Below the pieces are notes generated by a model, which had not been told where the DNA came from, did not search any database, and worked only from the letters and a program-made list of their open reading frames with translations. A stretch of DNA of 64,000 nucleotides from positions 2,752,001 to 2,816,000 of the forward strand of contig CAVQMM010000001.1 in the NCBI GenBank assembly GCA_963713615.1, given 5' to 3'. Numbering within the stretch: the first letter of the stretch is position 1; every line of letters begins with the position of its first letter. Source of the stretch: an uncultured Chlamydiae bacterium (lineage in GTDB: Bacteria > Chlamydiota > Chlamydiia > Chlamydiales > JAJFMA01). The translations under genes and the position numbers were made by a program. Of the stretch, positions 36,477 through 45,671 are shown in pieces.

Positions 36477-37627
36477 TAAACATCACGCAGATAACGACCG
36501 GCCTCACGCAGGGCTTTAACGTAGGCTTTAGCCCCTTCAGCATCTCTAGCGCCTTGTTCAGCTACGATTTGATGAAGAGCTTGATCGACATCCTTGGCCA
36601 TATTCTCAGCATCACCGCAGACGTAAAAATAGGCCCCTTCTTCAAGCCATGTGTACACCTCTTTAGCATGCTCTAGAAGGCGATGTTGTACGTATTCTTT
36701 CTGCGCCTGATCGCGAGAAAAGGCAGTATCAAGCCGCAGATGCCCTGACATGACCAGATGGTGCCAGTAGTCCTCGTATAAAAAGTCATGGGCACGATTC
36801 CATTCACCAAAGAAAAGCCAATTTTTACCCAAAGCTCCCTGAGCCATGCGTTGCTGCATAAAACCGCGATAGGGCGCCACTCCAGTGCCAGGTCCTACCA
36901 TGATCAGTGGGGCGTTCGAGTCGGCTGGAAGAGTAAATTCCTTGGACGGCTGCAGATAGGTGGGGATAACAGGCTTTAACAGGGGTGCTAAGTCACAGAG
37001 ATAGTGAGAACAAATTCCCCTCCGCAAGTGGTTGTTGGAGGTGTATTGCGTCATGGCGACGGTTAAATGCACCTCTTGCCCCACCGCAACCATCGCCGAT
37101 GCAATCGAATAGAAACGCGGGAGCATGGGACCTTGTAAATCTGCAATATCTTGAGGAGTCACCAAAGCCTCAGAATGTTCCTCGAGAAAATCCCAAAGTT
37201 CTCGACATTCCAGGTATTCTTTTAATTCGGCTTGCTGTTCAGGAGCCAAAAGGCCGAGAAGTCTGGCTTTCTTGTCAGCATTATCCTGTCTTTCTGCCAG
37301 TAGGGTAAGCAACTTCTTGCTACAGCGGCTGATATTAGCTCGAGATGAGAGATACTCACTGAATGGCAGGGTCTCACCTTTCTTAGTGATGATAGGTTCC
37401 TCACCATCGGATCCTATGCGCTTCAAAATGCGCTGAACAGTAGTAGGATCGTTTAGAGGATAAATCCCTACACTATCGCCAACTTTGTAACTCAAATCTG
37501 AGCCTCGAAGATCCAATACCATGTGATAGGTACTTTTTTTGGATTCGGGCTTAGTCAATGGATAACGCTCTAGAAGCGCTGCCATAAAAGGATTAGCACG
37601 TGTGAATTCTGGTGTTCCATCTGCCAT
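36473..37627 (-). CDS. cysJ: sulfite reductase flavoprotein-like FAD/NADPH oxidoreductase (no flavodoxin domain)
   Basis: RFYSIAS, GICS, GPGTGVAPYRG, TAFSRD, YVCGDA, YLRDVY; convergent with ispF. Confidence 0.85.
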   Translation of the reverse strand: MADGTPEFTRANPFMAALLERYPLTKPESKKSTYHMVLDLRGSDLSYKVGDSVGIYPLNDPTTVQRILKRIGSDGEEPIITKKGETLPFSEYLSSRANISRCSKKLLTLLAERQDNADKKARLLGLLAPEQQAELKEYLECRELWDFLEEHSEALVTPQDIADLQGPMLPRFYSIASAMVAVGQEVHLTVAMTQYTSNNHLRRGICSHYLCDLAPLLKPVIPTYLQPSKEFTLPADSNAPLIMVGPGTGVAPYRGFMQQRMAQGALGKNWLFFGEWNRAHDFLYEDYWHHLVMSGHLRLDTAFSRDQAQKEYVQHRLLEHAKEVYTWLEEGAYFYVCGDAENMAKDVDQALHQIVAEQGARDAEGAKAYVKALREAGRYLRDVY

Positions 37628-37723
37628 AGGCTCACCAGCATACCTTACTTATCCCATACGCAGCAACCCATTCTATGGACTAAATGCTTTTGGCACTCCT
37701 CTTTCAAAAGTCATTGCGCTTGA

Positions 37724-38135
37724 CCCTAAGGCGCACCGCTTTCGCGGTGCAGGAACATGTTGTGCGATACCAGGGGTTGCTAGCGCTTCGCGCTTAAGCA
37801 CCCCTGGCTACCTATCGGTAACCACTTCGTGGTTTAGGATGATCATGCGGCTAGGCACAATACACCAGAGGTTATCAGCGCTTCGTGGTTTAGGATAATC
37901 ACACTGTGACATTGTTACCACGAAAGTGGTTACAAATTCGTGGTTTAGGATGATCACACTGTGACATTGTTATCACGAAAGTGGTTACAACTTCGTAATT
38001 TAGGATAATCACACTGTGACATTGTTACCACGAAGTGGTTGCCAGTAGGTAGCCAGGGGTGCTCAAGCGCGAAGCGCTAGCAACCCCTGGTATTGCACGA
38101 AATGTCCCTGCACCGCGAAGCGGTGCGCTTTAGGG
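37724..38135. repeat. about 110-bp inverted REP-like arms enclosing three 55-bp tandem repeats
   Basis: ccctaaggcgcaccgct...ccaggggttgctagcgcttcgcgc...cccctggctacc with its inverse at 38028-38135; units start at 37881, 37936 and 37991. Confidence 0.85.
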
Positions 38136-38260
38136 AATTTGCGTATCCAAAAAATGTGCAAAGTCCTGCTAAATTTCAAGATCCTTGCCTAAATTTTGCT
38201 TTATCTTAGGTGCGATGCCGACTATGGTGAGGGAATACCCTCATAGCCAGGAGGCTAGCA

Positions 38261-41041
38261 ATGGCCGCCATTGATATCAACCCGCAGCAAAGCGCCTCGA
38301 TAGTCTATGTGTTCCCTTTTGGCAAAGGCATCAGTCTGCCATCACCAGATCGCAACCTATTGGGAGGTAAAGGGCAGAATCTTATCAAAATGGCTTCCAT
38401 AGGCCTTCCCGTCCCGCCGGGTTTCATCATCACCACAGAGACATGTCTTCATTTCCTCCGCAAGGGAAAGCATCTACCCGAAAAGCTTGAAGAACAGATT
38501 CAAGCGGCTATCAAGATCCTTGAGAACTTGATTGGCGCACAATTTGGAGGAGACACGAATCCTCTAATGGTGTCCGTACGGTCGGGGGCTCCGGTTTCAA
38601 TGCCTGGGATGATGGATACCATTTTGGACTTAGGCCTAAACGACCGCACCGTCGTGGCGTTTGCAAAGACGACAAATAACGAACGTCTAGCCTATGATTG
38701 CTACCGTCGTTTTATCAGCATGTATAGTTGTATTGTCCATGGCATGTCTCGGGATCTCTTTGCCAGCGAACTGGAAGCGCTTAAGAAAAGCAAAGGTGTC
38801 GAGCGTGATACAGAATTGGATGTAACTGCCTTAAAGCAGCTTTGCCAAAGATACCAAGAACTGTTTAATCATAAAATGGGTCATCAATTTCCACAGGACA
38901 CCTATCAACAGCTGATAGAGGCCATCCGAGCGGTTTTCTCAAGCTGGGAAAGCGAACGCGCCACTCTCTATCGACACGTCAACCATATTCCAGATAACCT
39001 AGGAACTGGGGTTACCGTCGAAGCAATGGTCTTCGGCAACCGCAACGACCGATCAGCTACTGGCGTCGCGTTCACACGTAATCCATCCACTGGCGAGAAC
39101 ATCTTCTATGGAGAATTCTTACCGAATGCCCAAGGTGAAGATGTCGTCGCAGGCACCCGTACTCCACATCCTATCAACGAGCATCAAAAATCTATTACTG
39201 GATCGACTAAGGCTAGCCTTGAAGAGATGATGCCAGACGTCTACGAAGAGCTGAGAGGTGTCGTAGGTGTTCTGGAAAAACACTACCGCGACATGCAGGA
39301 TATCGAGTTTACAATCGATGATGGGCATCTCTATATGTTGCAGACACGTACTGGCAAGCGGACAGGGTTTGCATCGGCGCGCATGGCCATAGAGATGCTT
39401 GATGAAGGTCTGATTGATGAGGTCACCGCCCTCAAAAGAATCGAACCCGAGCAACTGGAGCAGCTTCTAGCGCCCGTTTTTCATCCCAAGGACAAAGAAA
39501 TGGCTCGTCGCGTCATGGTAGCTAAGGGGATCAATGCTGGTCCAGGGGCCGCCTCGGGAGTGTGTGCCCTTACGTCCGCGAAGGCACAAGAATATCAGCT
39601 GATGAATAAGCCCTGTATCTTGGTACGTCATGAGACCAACCCTGATGACTTCGCGGGCATCGTCGCTGCCGAGGGTATCCTGACGGCCCGTGGAGGAAGC
39701 ACCAGCCATGCAGCTGTTGTCGCTCGTGGTATGGGAAAACCATGCATTTGCGGCTGTGGAGAACTACAGATCGATTTAGATCGAGGGACAGTAACAGCTA
39801 ACGGACAGACCATCAAGGAAGGTGATTCCATATCAATAGACGGAAGCTCCGGCGAGGTATTTTTCTGCAAATTATCAACCAGCCCATCAGAAATCTTACA
39901 AGTTCTGTTAACCAAAGAAATTTCTCCTGAAGCGAGTAAAGTCTTTCAGAATTATACTAGAATCATGGCTCTAGCTGACAAGTACCGCAAACTAAAGGTA
40001 CGAGCCAACGCAGATACATGCCACGACAGTGTGGTAGCCCGTTGCTTTGGATCAGAGGGCGTAGGTCTTTGCCGCACAGAGCACATGTTTTTGGAAGAGC
40101 AAAGGCTTTTTGATGTGCGACGCATGCTTTTTAGTACCAGCCGAGAAGAGCGCGAGGCAGCCACTCATCAGCTCCTACCCTCACAAAGAGAAGATTTTAA
40201 GCGCCTCTTCCGCAGTATGAATGGAATGCCGGTAACGATCCGCTTGCTAGATCCGCCGCTTCATGAATTCCTTATGGTCGCTCCTGAAGCCATCAAAGAC
40301 CTAGCGGAGCGTCTTCAGATCCCTTTAGACAAGTTAAAAGAAACCGCTAACGCGCTCCGTGAACATAATCCAATGCTCGGATTTCGCGGATGCCGTTTAG
40401 GTATTCTCAATCCAGCTCTTACGCGTATGCAAGCACGAGCTATTTTTGAAGCTGCTGTGGAAGTCACCTTAGAAGGGTGTGCGATCTATCTTGAAATCAT
40501 GATCCCTCTGGTCGCCTACGAGCAGGAATTCATACATCAGAAGATGATTGTCGACGCAGTAGCTGAGGAGGTCTTTAATGCCAGAGGTCTGTGTATTAAC
40601 TATAGCCTTGGAACCATGATCGAATTACCACGGGCAGCACTACTGGCCGACCGCATAGCAAAAGAAGCCTGTTTCTTTAGTTTTGGCACCAATGACCTAA
40701 CCCAAACAACGCTAGGCATGAGCCGAGACGATGCGAATCACTTCTTACCTCTGTACATTCAGGGGATACCAAATCCTTCTGCCCCCAACGATAAAATGTA
40801 CATGATTCCCAATGACCCCTTTCAAACCATTGATCAGGATGGCGTTGGGGAGCTCATGAAAATAGCTGTGGAGCGGGGACGCAAAACACGTCCAGGACTC
40901 AAATGCGGCATTTGCGGTGAGCATGGTGGAGACCCACAAACAGTGATGTTTTGCCACCGCATCGGCCTCGACTACGTTTCCTGTAGTCCCTATCGCGTGC
41001 CCATCGCTCGTTTAGCCGCCGCCAGAGCTACTCTTATCTGA
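38261..41041 (+). CDS. ppdK: pyruvate phosphate dikinase
   Basis: LGGKG, VSVRSGA..SMPGMMDT, NAQGEDVVAG, GGSTSHAAVVARG, GLCRTEHMF, FGTNDLTQ, GICGEHGG. Confidence 0.97.
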   Translation: MAAIDINPQQSASIVYVFPFGKGISLPSPDRNLLGGKGQNLIKMASIGLPVPPGFIITTETCLHFLRKGKHLPEKLEEQIQAAIKILENLIGAQFGGDTNPLMVSVRSGAPVSMPGMMDTILDLGLNDRTVVAFAKTTNNERLAYDCYRRFISMYSCIVHGMSRDLFASELEALKKSKGVERDTELDVTALKQLCQRYQELFNHKMGHQFPQDTYQQLIEAIRAVFSSWESERATLYRHVNHIPDNLGTGVTVEAMVFGNRNDRSATGVAFTRNPSTGENIFYGEFLPNAQGEDVVAGTRTPHPINEHQKSITGSTKASLEEMMPDVYEELRGVVGVLEKHYRDMQDIEFTIDDGHLYMLQTRTGKRTGFASARMAIEMLDEGLIDEVTALKRIEPEQLEQLLAPVFHPKDKEMARRVMVAKGINAGPGAASGVCALTSAKAQEYQLMNKPCILVRHETNPDDFAGIVAAEGILTARGGSTSHAAVVARGMGKPCICGCGELQIDLDRGTVTANGQTIKEGDSISIDGSSGEVFFCKLSTSPSEILQVLLTKEISPEASKVFQNYTRIMALADKYRKLKVRANADTCHDSVVARCFGSEGVGLCRTEHMFLEEQRLFDVRRMLFSTSREEREAATHQLLPSQREDFKRLFRSMNGMPVTIRLLDPPLHEFLMVAPEAIKDLAERLQIPLDKLKETANALREHNPMLGFRGCRLGILNPALTRMQARAIFEAAVEVTLEGCAIYLEIMIPLVAYEQEFIHQKMIVDAVAEEVFNARGLCINYSLGTMIELPRAALLADRIAKEACFFSFGTNDLTQTTLGMSRDDANHFLPLYIQGIPNPSAPNDKMYMIPNDPFQTIDQDGVGELMKIAVERGRKTRPGLKCGICGEHGGDPQTVMFCHRIGLDYVSCSPYRVPIARLAAARATLI

Positions 41042-41773
41042 TTGATCGTCAACCTGTATGGGGAGCTCCTTACCGAGCAATACCTGTGTCGTATATAGAC
41101 TGATGGCTCGTGCAAAAATGACTGCAATAAACATGATACCAATAAACACCTCTAGGAGGGCGAAGGAGCGAGCGTGCTGAGTAAAAGGAATAATGTCGCC
41201 ATAGCCCAAAGTCGTAATCGTACAAAAAGAAAGCCAAAAAAGCTCCGACCATCCTACGTGAGGATTCATCCCAGCAGCAACGATGCGGAAGGAGCCTGGA
41301 CGCACGATTTCCAATACATGAAATAGCGAGGCAAAGGCCAAAGACACCAGGAAGAACAGTGAAGCTACCTGATAGAGCTCGTTAGCTGTAATTTTAAAAG
41401 TATTTACATGGTCCCATGCGAGAAGCCAGACGGCATACAGATAGAGAAAAAAGGAAAACAGCGCCGTTAGGACCTGTACTATAACACTGCATTCTACCCC
41501 TTCACAACGCAACCAGGAGAAGATAATCATAGGGACGCCGAGGAGCATGGTGATGATCAACTGGCGTCGACGAAAACTAACTGCCCAAATAATGGTAGCT
41601 ACGGTGGTGAGATTTAAGAGCTTAAGAACCCAAGAGGGATCATGAGTCACGGGATCTTCTAGGAACGGATATAAGAGGAGAAGTGCCATCAGAGTAGCGA
41701 ACACATACATCCAACGGCGCCGACGCAGTAGTGGCCTGTTGTGTCGCAGCTTTTTAAAATGCCCTTTGAGCAT
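41012..41773 (-). CDS. potassium channel family protein (Ion_trans_2)
   Basis: Pore motif SFCTITTLGYGDIIP and several TM segments. Confidence 0.85.
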   Translation of the reverse strand: MLKGHFKKLRHNRPLLRRRRWMYVFATLMALLLLYPFLEDPVTHDPSWVLKLLNLTTVATIIWAVSFRRRQLIITMLLGVPMIIFSWLRCEGVECSVIVQVLTALFSFFLYLYAVWLLAWDHVNTFKITANELYQVASLFFLVSLAFASLFHVLEIVRPGSFRIVAAGMNPHVGWSELFWLSFCTITTLGYGDIIPFTQHARSFALLEVFIGIMFIAVIFARAISLYTTQVLLGKELPIQVDDQSDKSSSGGG

Positions 41774-41915
41774 ATTTCAAATCCATTTCAATATTTTCAC
41801 TCACCCTTTGTTTTTCACAGTACAACACAGCCCGAAAAGTTCATAAACCTTTTGAAGAAACTTTCATGAATACTTAGGATAGACCCCGATAGTAAGATGC
41901 CATAGGAGGCTATCC

Positions 41916-42041
41916 ATGGAAGCAATCGGGGTGGTCACCCATTTTGAATCCTTTGTTAATCAGCTTGTGATGGATAGGCGCCATGGCGGGAAGATTAGCG
42001 AGGATCTCATACAAGTGAGCCGAATACTACAAGAGATTTAG
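41916..42041 (+). CDS. 41-aa small ORF or gene stub ending at the repeat boundary
   Basis: AGGAGG RBS; MEAIGVVTHFESFVNQ...ILQEI; the TAG stop overlaps the start of the repeat. Confidence 0.35.
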   Translation: MEAIGVVTHFESFVNQLVMDRRHGGKISEDLIQVSRILQEI

Positions 42042-42277
42042 CCCTCACAATCGTATCTCGGCGCGAAGCGCTTTGGAGTGCGGTCGCTCGCGACCGCTTT
42101 GGATTTGGGCGAAGTTGGCATTGCAAGAAACGTAACCCTTCTCTCTAGGGGTAACTGTGGGGGGGGGGGGCAGCCTCCAAAGAACGGCGCGCGATTCAAT
42201 AGGCTCGCCCAAATCCAAAGCGGTCGCGAGCGACCGCACTCCAAAGCGCTTCGCGCCGAGATACGATTGTGAGGGCT
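42040..42277. repeat. REP/REPIN-like element with 73-bp perfect inverted arms
   Basis: agccctcacaatcgtatctcggcgcgaagcgctttggagtgcggtcgctcgcgaccgctttggatttgggcga and its inverse; second copy at 55081. Confidence 0.9.
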
Positions 42278-42285
42278 TCTTCCCA

Positions 42286-44070
42286 TCAGATGTGGCTGCC
42301 TTCTTCTTCGACCATCAGGTGAAGTTCGTTAAGCTGCGCTTCTGCTACAGGACAGGGGCTTTCCATCATCACATCAGCAGCCTTCTGCGTTTTGGGGAAC
42401 GCCACAACATCTCTAATGTTCTCAGTATTAGTCAAAATCATGTTAAGGCGATCTAGGCCCAAAGCGACTCCAAGATGTGGTGGTGTGCCATAACCTAACG
42501 CTCGCACAAAGAAGCCAAACTTGCTTTCAATCTGCGCTGGCGTCAGTTGCAAGATCTCGAAAATCTTCTGCTGCAATTCACTGTCATGAATCCTTTGCGA
42601 ACCTGACGCAATCTCATAACCGTTCAACACCAAGTCATAACTGAGCGATCGTACCTTCAGCGGCTCAGTACCTACTAGGTGGAAGTCATCGAAATTCGGC
42701 GAAGTGAACGGATGATGCTCCGAAACAACACGACCCTCTTCGACATCCCAAGCAAATAGCGGAAATTCCGTGGCCCACAAAAACTCAAAACGGCCAGGCT
42801 CGATAAGGTTTCTATCACGCGCTAGCTTACGTCTCAGATGATCGAGAGATTGATTCGTGCGCTCTTTGCTATCTGCCACGAAGAAGACTAAATCATTCGG
42901 CTCGATGCCCATACGAGTAATGAGCTCTTGCTGCAATTCTTCCGTAAAAAACTTCGCTATGCCACCACTGAGCTGCCCTTCAGAGTGTTTCATGTAGGCG
43001 AGGCCTTTCACACCTAGCTGTCCAACAAACGCCGTATACTCGTCGATGCCTTTACGAGATATGTCAGCACCGCCCTTAACACAGAGGCCTTTGACGCAAT
43101 TACCTACTTTAATCTGCTCTTGGAATACGCCAAAAGCGCATTTATCAGCAATATCGTCGACGCGAATGAGCTCCATGCCAAAACGTAGATCGGGCTTGTC
43201 AGTACCATAACGTTCCACACACTCATGGTAAGGCACTCGACGGAAAGGTGTAGGGAGATCTACACCGATGGTCTCTTTAAAAACATGCTTGCAAAGGCCT
43301 TCAACAATTTCAAAGAGCTCTTCTGTGGTACAAAAACTCAACTCGATATCGATCTGATGAAACTCGGGCTGGCGCTCCGCGCGCAAATCTTCGTCACGAA
43401 AACAGGGAGCGATCTGAAAATAGCGGTCCATGCCACCAACCATCAACAACTGCTTAAATAGCTGTGGGGACTGTGGCAAGGCATAAAAGCTCCCTGGATA
43501 GATCCTTGACGGCACTAGATAATCTCTGGCACCCTCGGGAGTGGACTTTCCTAAAATCGGCGTGGCGATCTCCAAGAAGCCATGTTTGTCGAGGTAGTTA
43601 CGCGTCGCCATCATGGCTTTATGACGAATAACAAGCTTTTGGGCCACATCACCACGACGTAGGTCTAGGTAACGATAGCGTAGGCGCAAATCTTCATTCA
43701 CCTCGACATTTTCATCACAGATAGAAAATGGTGGTGTCTTTGCCTTCGACAATACCGACAGCTGGTGGACAGTGACCTCTATCTCACCTGTGGGAAGGTT
43801 TGGGTTAGCCATTCCCGTGTGTCGAGCCAACACCTTACCTTCAACGCTGATCACCCATTCCGAACGCAATGTTTGTGCGATAGCATGAACTTCAGGGTTC
43901 TTCACCGGATCAAAAACTAACTGTGTGATGCCAAAGCGATCGCGAAGATCGATGAAGATCAGGCCTCCATGGTCGCGAAAGCGATTGACCCATCCCGACA
44001 GGCGAATTGTGCAATCGATATCTTTTTTGCGTAAAGCGCCACAATCATGAGTGCGACGAAATTCTACCAT
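42286..44070 (-). CDS. aspS: aspartyl-tRNA synthetase
   Basis: RDHGGLIFIDLRD, YRYLDLRR, TPEGARDY, LPQSPQLFKQ, FRDEDLRAERQPEF, PPHLG. Confidence 0.97.
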   Translation of the reverse strand: MVEFRRTHDCGALRKKDIDCTIRLSGWVNRFRDHGGLIFIDLRDRFGITQLVFDPVKNPEVHAIAQTLRSEWVISVEGKVLARHTGMANPNLPTGEIEVTVHQLSVLSKAKTPPFSICDENVEVNEDLRLRYRYLDLRRGDVAQKLVIRHKAMMATRNYLDKHGFLEIATPILGKSTPEGARDYLVPSRIYPGSFYALPQSPQLFKQLLMVGGMDRYFQIAPCFRDEDLRAERQPEFHQIDIELSFCTTEELFEIVEGLCKHVFKETIGVDLPTPFRRVPYHECVERYGTDKPDLRFGMELIRVDDIADKCAFGVFQEQIKVGNCVKGLCVKGGADISRKGIDEYTAFVGQLGVKGLAYMKHSEGQLSGGIAKFFTEELQQELITRMGIEPNDLVFFVADSKERTNQSLDHLRRKLARDRNLIEPGRFEFLWATEFPLFAWDVEEGRVVSEHHPFTSPNFDDFHLVGTEPLKVRSLSYDLVLNGYEIASGSQRIHDSELQQKIFEILQLTPAQIESKFGFFVRALGYGTPPHLGVALGLDRLNMILTNTENIRDVVAFPKTQKAADVMMESPCPVAEAQLNELHLMVEEEGSHI

Positions 44071-44086
44071 GATTTCCAAGCCTGGG

Positions 44087-45370
44087 TTAATTAGCGTTAG
44101 CGGACAGGTAATTTGACAGCTCTTCTAGGATAATGGATACTTTATTACCAGTAGCCATTTCTTTTAATTCAGCTTGTCCAGAGGTGAGTTCGTTCTCTCC
44201 AATGACAGCAACGAACTGTGTTTTGAGCGAATCGGCATAAGACATCACCTTACCGAGTTTCTTGCCTGTGAAGTCCATCTGAGCATTAATTCCATTTCGA
44301 TGAAGTCTTCCCAAGAGGGCAAAACATGCCTTGCGAGCGGCATCGCCCAAAGGAATAATAAAAATCTGTGGCCGTGGCTGCTCTGGAATGGCAATGTTCT
44401 GCCGCAGCATAGTTTGGATAATTCGCTCAATGCCAGTACCAAATCCAAAGCTGGGAAGGTCAGGACCTCCTAAAGCCTTCAACAGGCCATCGTAGCGTCC
44501 ACCACCGCCTATACTATTCTGTGCCCCAAGGTCCTGCGAGACTATCTCAAATACGGTCTGATTGTAGTAGTCGAGGCCGCGTACAAGGGAACTATTGACC
44601 TCGTAGGGAATTCCAATGATGTCTAAACAGTCTTTGACCTCTGTGAAATACTGCTGACTGGCTGGGCTTAAGAAGTCTAAGATGGATGGTGCCTGACGGC
44701 AGAGCTCTTGATCGGCAGGATCTTTTGAATCGAGGATTCGCAACGGATTTGTCTCAAAACGTACTTTGCTGTCGTCTGACAGACGTTCAAGATGGGGGCG
44801 CAGATAATCCCGCAAAGCGTTGCGAAAGTTATCGCGCGAGGTATCATCACCAATTGAATTTAAATAAACCTTAAGATTGCGAAGACCTAGGCGCGTGTAC
44901 ACGGCGTAAAGAAGGTCGATCATTTCTACGTCTTGCTCCGGGACGGAACACCCGATGGCTTCAGCACCAAACTGGTGATGCTGCCGGTAACGACCTGCCT
45001 GAGGCCGGTCATAACGGAACATGGGGCCAATATAAAAGAGCTTGTGAATCGGTGCAGTCGTCTGTAGTTGTGCATTGAGAAAGGCACGCATGACAGGAGC
45101 GGTTCCTTCTGGCCGAAGCGAGAGGGATCTGCCACCTCGATCTTCGAAGGTATACATTTCTTTAGAAACGATATCCGAAGATTCCCCTACACTGCGTTGA
45201 AACAGTTCGGTACGCTCGATAATTGGTGTGCGTATTTCCTGATAGCCATATTGCTGGGCGAGCGAACGCATTACCCCTTCTACATATTGCCATAAGAAGG
45301 AATTGCGCCACGGCTCGCGCTCTTCGCCGGGGATGATATCGAAAACACCTGGGGGCAATTGATATTTCAT
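44087..45370 (-). CDS. hisS: histidyl-tRNA synthetase
   Basis: KEMYTF, LRPEGTA, FRYDRPQAGRYRQ, LVRGLDYY, GGGRYD. Confidence 0.97.
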   Translation of the reverse strand: MKYQLPPGVFDIIPGEEREPWRNSFLWQYVEGVMRSLAQQYGYQEIRTPIIERTELFQRSVGESSDIVSKEMYTFEDRGGRSLSLRPEGTAPVMRAFLNAQLQTTAPIHKLFYIGPMFRYDRPQAGRYRQHHQFGAEAIGCSVPEQDVEMIDLLYAVYTRLGLRNLKVYLNSIGDDTSRDNFRNALRDYLRPHLERLSDDSKVRFETNPLRILDSKDPADQELCRQAPSILDFLSPASQQYFTEVKDCLDIIGIPYEVNSSLVRGLDYYNQTVFEIVSQDLGAQNSIGGGGRYDGLLKALGGPDLPSFGFGTGIERIIQTMLRQNIAIPEQPRPQIFIIPLGDAARKACFALLGRLHRNGINAQMDFTGKKLGKVMSYADSLKTQFVAVIGENELTSGQAELKEMATGNKVSIILEELSNYLSANAN

Positions 45371-45447
45371 TTGATGGTAAACGCCTTATAATGAACTAAA
45401 ATTATTGTAATTCTGCGACGACTATCCGTAAAGCAAGAAGTGAGGTG

Positions 45448-45671
45448 ACGGTTCGTGCGAATTAGGAGTAACACGGATGCACTCGGATCTAGGAGGATTT
45501 AGGAGGATTAGGATGGCAAAACGGTCGTTCAGGTTTTTCTCATTTTTTTCAAATTCCATATTCCAACTCCTAAATCCTAATCCTCCTAGATCCGATTGCA
45601 TCCGTGTTGCTCCTAAAAAGCTGAACGAACCGTATTTTCGCGCCTTTGCGTTAAAATTTCGCACGAACCGT
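45448..45671. repeat. intergenic palindromic repeat (acacggatgcac-type) with acggttcgtgcgaa terminal IRs
   Basis: ttaggagtaacacggatgcactcggatctaggagga / tcctcctagatccgattgcatccgtgttgctcctaa; related copy at 48225-48445. Confidence 0.8.

Noticed and set aside
37825..38040. CRISPR-like array (cttcgtggtttaggat.atca repeated at about 55-bp spacing)
   Set aside because: Three of the four would-be spacers are nearly identical, the units sit inside REP arms, and there are no cas genes; it is a tandem repeat
42038..42456. Short ORFs MRSLATALDLGE... here and at 1777-2249 and 55008-55302
   Set aside because: They are translations of the palindromic repeat, not genes
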